Positions 7,153 through 11,008 of a stretch of DNA of 11,008 nt are shown here, piece by piece. The DNA lies in NCBI RefSeq assembly GCF_006345805.1, contig NW_021827170.1:1-11008 (forward strand). Reading direction: 5' to 3'. This stretch comes from Octopus sinensis. Taxonomy: Eukaryota. Every line of letters begins with the position of its first letter. Within the stretch, counting starts at the first letter, position 1. The notes beneath the pieces were generated by a model. It worked only from the letters and a program-made list of their open reading frames with translations, was not told the DNA's origin and searched no databases. A program made the position numbers and the translations under genes.

Positions 7153-7372
7153 TTCTTTTATTCTTTTATTTGTTTCGGTCATTTGATTGCGGCTATGCTG
7201 GAGCACCGCTTTTAAGGGTTTTTTAGCCAAAGAAATCGACCCCAGGACTTATTCTTTGTATGCCTGATACTTCTCTATCGTTCTCTTTTGCCGAACCGCT
7301 AAGTTACAGGGACGTAAACGCACCAACATCGGTTGTCAAGAGATGGTGGGGGACAAACACAGATAAAAAGAT

Positions 7373-7411
<39 letters not shown>

Positions 7412-7570
7412 CGACGGGCTTCTTTCAGTTTCCGTCTACCAAATCTACTCACAAGCTTTAGCCGGCCCGTGGCTATAGTAGAAGACACTTGTCCAAGATG
7501 TCACGCAGAGGGACTGAACCCGGAACCGTGTGGTTGGGAAGCAAGCTTCTAACCAAACAACCACTCCTGC
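7153..7570 (-). mobile_element. Family B SINE copy B7, full length
   Basis: Tail (TTCTTTTA)x2 on the + strand, CATTTGATTGCGGCTATGCTGGAGCACCGC, an internal (CA)n(TA)n, and a head ending AACCACTCCTGC. Confidence 0.95.
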
Positions 7571-7598
7571 ATATGTATCTCGTATAATGGGTGGCACT

Positions 7599-7785
7599 CG
7601 CCCGTCGCTACGTTCTGAGTTCAAATTCCGCCGAGGTCGACTTTGCCTTTCATCCTTTCGGGGTCGATAAATTAAGTACCAGTTACGCACTGGAGTCGAT
7701 GTAATCGACTTAATTACCGTGTGTCTGCCCGTGTGTCTGTCCGTGTGTCTGCCCTATGTTTAGCCCCTTGTGGGTAGTAAAGAAA
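7599..7785 (+). mobile_element. 5'-truncated SINE, group D, copy D1, with perfect 18-bp target-site duplication
   Basis: CGTATAATGGGTGGCACT at 7581-7598 and 7786-7803. The body GAGTTCAAATTCCGCCGAGGTCGACTTTGCCTTTCATCCTTTCGGGGTCGATAAATTAAGTACCAG aligns to D2. Confidence 0.9.
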
Positions 7786-7926
7786 CGTATAATGGGTGGC
7801 ACTTTTTGATTTTCTTTGATTTGTGGGAATAGTTTTCTATAATATCGAATTTATTCTTTTACACTTTTTCTTGTTTCAATCGTTGGACTGTTGCCATGCT
7901 GGAGCACCACCTTGAAGAGATTGGAC

Positions 7927-8505
7927 CAGTGTTTCTCAACCATGGACCCCTCTGATCCCTATTTTACTCGGATGGATCCCCATAACCATTCGATGTTTGA
8001 AATATCCATTTATACGTATTTTTATAAGGCGCATGGCTCAGTGGTTAGAGCGTCGAAATTACGATCGTGAGGTTGTGAGTTTGATTCCCGGACCGGGCTG
8101 CGTGTTGTGTTCTTGAGCAAGACAATTTATTTCACGTTGCTCCAGTTAACTCAGCTGTAGAAATGAGTTGCGACATCACTGGTGCCAAACTGTATCGGCC
8201 TTTGCCTTTCCCATGGAAAGCACCAGTGGTGTGGAGAAGGGAGGCCGGTATGCATGGGCGACTGCTGGTCTTCCATAAACAACCTTGCCCGGACTTGTGC
8301 CTGGGAGGGTAACTTTCTAGGTGCAATCCCATGGTCATTCATGACCAAAGGGGGACTCCTCCTATAATAAGCTATTATTGGGGATTGAGTAAAAAATATT
8401 TCGTGTCTTATAGAAGTAAAATAAATTTATAATAGACATAAATTTTAGCAACAAAGTCTTATATGGACCCACAAGGGCCATATGGAACCCGGTTGAAAAC
8501 TACTG
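7927..8505. mobile_element. hAT (Charlie-type) MITE
   Basis: TIRs CAGTGTTTCTCAACC (7927-7941) and GGTTGAAAACTACTG (8491-8505; 12/15 complementary). Flanking 8-mers GATTGGAC and GTTTAGAC match at 6/8. The 8-bp TSD with an NTNTAGAN-like target is typical of Charlie-type hATs. Confidence 0.75.
8027..8362 (+). mobile_element. tRNA-derived SINE, group A, copy A1, nested in the MITE
   Basis: A-box TGGCTCAGTGG at 8034-8044; B-box-like GTTTGATTCCC from 8079. The central block GTTGTGTTCTTGAGCAAGACA...CACGTTGCTCCAGT..ACTCAGCTG is shared with A2. Confidence 0.9.
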
Positions 8506-8966
8506 GTTTAGACGGACAAACCGACCGCAGTACTTATTCTTCTTCAGTCTAGTTCTTGTTCTAGACCGCTAGGTTACGGGGACGTGACAAAACGAACACC
8601 AATTGTCAAGTAGTGGGGATATGTGACAAACACAAAGACACACACACAAGTACATACATACATACACACATACATACATACATACATACATACATACATA
8701 CATACATACATACATACACACATACATACACACACATACATACATACATACATGCATACGACAAGCTTCCACACGGTTTCTCTCAATCAAATTCTAGAAG
8801 ATTCTCGCACAAGATATCACGCTGATTGAATCTAAGATCACGTGGTTGCAATGCGAACTTCTTAGCTACACTTAGTTTATAATCTCAAAGAAGTTTTTTT
8901 TCTTCTTAATTTGTACAGTTAGGAACAGATAACTTATATCTGTGATAAATATCACAAGTCAACTTA

Positions 8967-9592
8967 AGGCAACAGGCTGGTGGAATCGTTAGCACGCCGA
9001 ACGAAATGTTTAGCACCTTTCCTCCAGCTTTATTTTCTGGGTTCAAATACCAACGAGGTCAGAGTGGCTGTGTGGTAAGTAGCTTGCTAACCAACCACAT
9101 GGTTCCGAGTTCAGCCCCTCTGCGTGGCATCTTGGGCAAGTGTCTTCTGCTATAGCCCCGGGCCGACCAATGCCTTGTGAGTGGATTTGGTAGACGGAAA
9201 CTGAAAGAAGCCTGTCGTATATATGTGTATATATATATATATATATGTGTGTGTATATGTTTGTGTGTCTGTGTTTGTCCCCCTAGCATTGCTTGACAAC
9301 CGATGCTGGTGTGTTTGCGTCCCCGTCACTTAGCGGTTCGGCAAAAGAGACAGATAGAATAAATACTGGGCTTACAAAAGAATAAGTCCTGGGATCGAGT
9401 TGCTCGACTAAAGGCGGTGCTCCAGCATGGCCGCAGTCAAATGACTGAAACAAGTAAAAGAGTAAAAGAGTATGTTTCTCATTCTTTCGGAGGTCTATAA
9501 AATAAGTACCAGTCGATCACTGGTTCGTGTAATCGACCAGCCTCCTTCCCACAAATTCCAGGCCTTGGATTTATAGTAAAAAAGGATTATTA
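8967..9592 (+). mobile_element. SINE, group D, copy D2, split by B9
   Basis: Head at 8967-9060 (GGAATCGTTAGCACGCCG...GGGTTCAAATACCAACGAGGTC). It resumes at 9472 with TTTCTCATTCTTTCGGAGGTCTATAAAATAAGTACCAG...TAATCGAC, collinear with D1, and ends AGGATTATTA. Confidence 0.8.
9061..9471 (+). mobile_element. Family B SINE copy B9, near full length, nested in D2
   Basis: Runs AGAGTGGCTGTGTGGTAAGTAGC ... GGCGGTGCTCCAGCATGGCCGCAGTCAAATGACTGAAACAAGTAAAAGAGTAAAAGAGT; very similar to B3. Confidence 0.95.
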
Positions 9593-9852
9593 CAAATCAA
9601 AATGGATGTAATTCACACTGAATATTTTCAGTATAGCAGCAAATTTCTAAAAGCAAAAATAATGGAGTGTTGTTTTTATTTCTAAAGGAAATGAATTAAT
9701 CTTTTTTCGTTGTGATGAGTAGTTAGTCTCCATGTGTAAAACGCAGATTAATTTGTTAATACTCGAAAAGGAGAAACCCTTAACGCAAGGAACTGTATTT
9801 TTCAAGAAAAAAAAATGTTGCTACCCATACGAAATCCATTTGTAACTAATAT

Positions 9853-9876
9853 CACACACACACACACGCACACACA
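9853..9876. repeat. Short (CA)n microsatellite
   Basis: Direct reading. Confidence 0.85.
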
Positions 9877-9887
9877 TTTATAAACAA

Positions 9888-10150
9888 TAATAATAAATAA
9901 ATGTGCCCTTTTAAAGCCTAGCCTGGCTCATGGGCCCGGTTTCCCGGTTTTAGTGGCGTATGTGTTCCCAAGCTGGACGGGACGCCAGTCCATCGCAGCG
10001 TTACTCATTTTTGCCAGCTGAGTGGACTGTAGCAACGTGGAAACGAAGTGTTTTGCTCAAGAACACAACGCGTCGCTCGGTTCAGGAATCGAAACCACAA
10101 TCTTACGATCATGATGCGTACCCCCTAACCACTAAGCCACGCACCTCCAC
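9888..10150 (-). mobile_element. tRNA-derived SINE, group A, copy A2, full length with target-site duplication
   Basis: Minus-strand head GTGGAGGTGCGTGGCTTAGTGGTTAGG...GTTTCGATTCCTG and a (TTA)n-type tail. ATTTATAAACAA is duplicated at 9876-9887 and 10151-10162 (15 bp if the shared upstream CAC is counted). Confidence 0.9.
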
Positions 10151-10322
10151 ATTTATAAACAAGGAGGAATGATATTGTATGACGTCCATACTTTTTTTCA
10201 AAGGTTTCAGCTGGAAACCAAACCCAAACTATTTTCACAGACTCGTTTCAACGGGAACTTATTACCTTTTGCTCTGCTGTACTCGCTCTGATCAAGGTCA
10301 CGATTACCGCCCCGGTTGTGGT

Positions 10323-10702
10323 GGAAGCACTCCGTCGGTTACGACGACGAGGGTTCCGGTTGATCCGATCAACGGAACAGCCTGCTCGTGAATTAACGTG
10401 TAAGTGGCTGAGCACCCCACAGACACGTGTACCCTTAACGTAGTTCTCGGGATATTCAGCGTGACACAGAGAGTGACAGAGCCGGCCCTTTGAAATACAG
10501 GTACAACAGAAACAGGAAGTAAGAGTGAGAGAAAGTTGTGGTGAAAGAGTACAGCAGGGATCACCACCATCCCTGCCAGAGCCTCGTGGAGCTTTAGGTG
10601 TTTTCGCTCAATAAACACTCACAACGCCCGGTCTGGGAATCGAAACCGCGATCCTACGACCGCGAGTCCGCTGCCCTAACCACTGGGCCATTGCGCCTCC
10701 AC
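10323..10702 (-). mobile_element. tRNA-derived SINE, group C, copy C2, full length with 17-bp target-site duplication
   Basis: A-box TGGCCCAGTGG (+ strand 10680-10690) and B-box GTTTCGATTCCC (+ strand 10635-10646). Flanks ACCGCCCCGGTTGTGGT (10306-10322) and ACCGCCCCGGTTATGGT (10703-10719) match at 16/17. Confidence 0.9.
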
Positions 10703-10726
10703 ACCGCCCCGGTTATGGTAATAAAT

Positions 10727-10765
10727 TACCGTATTTACTCATGTTTAAGTTGCACTATTTTTTCT
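10727..10765 (+). mobile_element. Possible solo terminal inverted repeat of a Tc2/pogo-like DNA transposon
   Basis: TA-CCGTATTTACTCATGTTTAAGTTGCACTATTTTTTC resembles, from memory, the TA-CCGTATTT...TAAGTCGCAC-TTTT ends of Tc2/pogo-like elements. No partner TIR in the window. Confidence 0.3.
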
Positions 10766-11008
10766 CTGGTAACAATTTTTGCCGTGAAGGTCTTTCCACG
10801 TCTGTCTATACACGAACGTTTTTTATACAATTCAGTGTGTGTGTTTGTGTGTGTGCCACCGTACGTATCACGAAACCAAGTGTGTGTTTCTAAATATTCC
10901 TATACGCCTTTTATGCCAGCATATACATTGCTTTATTATCTAATGTGCAATTCCTTGTACATTGGTGTATGATTTGATGATCACTCTCGGCGATTTCGAC
11001 GTATGAGT

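Larger units (their letters stand above)
7850..8872 (-). mobile_element. Family B SINE copy B8, old, split by a hAT-type MITE
   Basis: 3' terminus at 7850-7926 (TTGTTTCAATCGTTGGACTGTTGCCATGCTGGAGCACCACCTTG). The remainder resumes at 8506 with the middle segment, a (TACA)n tract at about 8650-8757, and a partly deleted 5' half. Confidence 0.8.

Overview
Non-coding, AT-rich, repeat-saturated eukaryotic DNA. I recognise no host gene exon, RNA gene or CRISPR array. The SINE families match my recollection of octopus (coleoid cephalopod) repeats, but that assignment is unverified. Roughly 60% of the window is transposon- or microsatellite-derived. It holds nine loci of one ~400-bp tRNA-headed SINE with an internal microsatellite (working name family B) and three other tRNA-headed SINE groups (A, C, D). 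Each of A, C and D occurs as two copies with the same head but different 3' tails. There is also a 3' fragment of a CR1-like LINE, a mariner-derived miniature element and a hAT/Charlie-type MITE. Most of the supplied ORFs are microsatellite or SINE read-throughs, and none looks like a host gene. Main points: (1) the LINE fragment and family B share a 38-nt 3' end whose hairpin shows compensatory changes, identifying the likely SINE-LINE partner pair; (2) head/tail module swapping in three SINE groups; (3) a covarying hairpin shared by B and D; (4) B's internal microsatellite repeatedly receives insertions and rearrangements; (5) several nested insertions that give a relative chronology. Family labels are mine, and element boundaries are approximate to a few bases.
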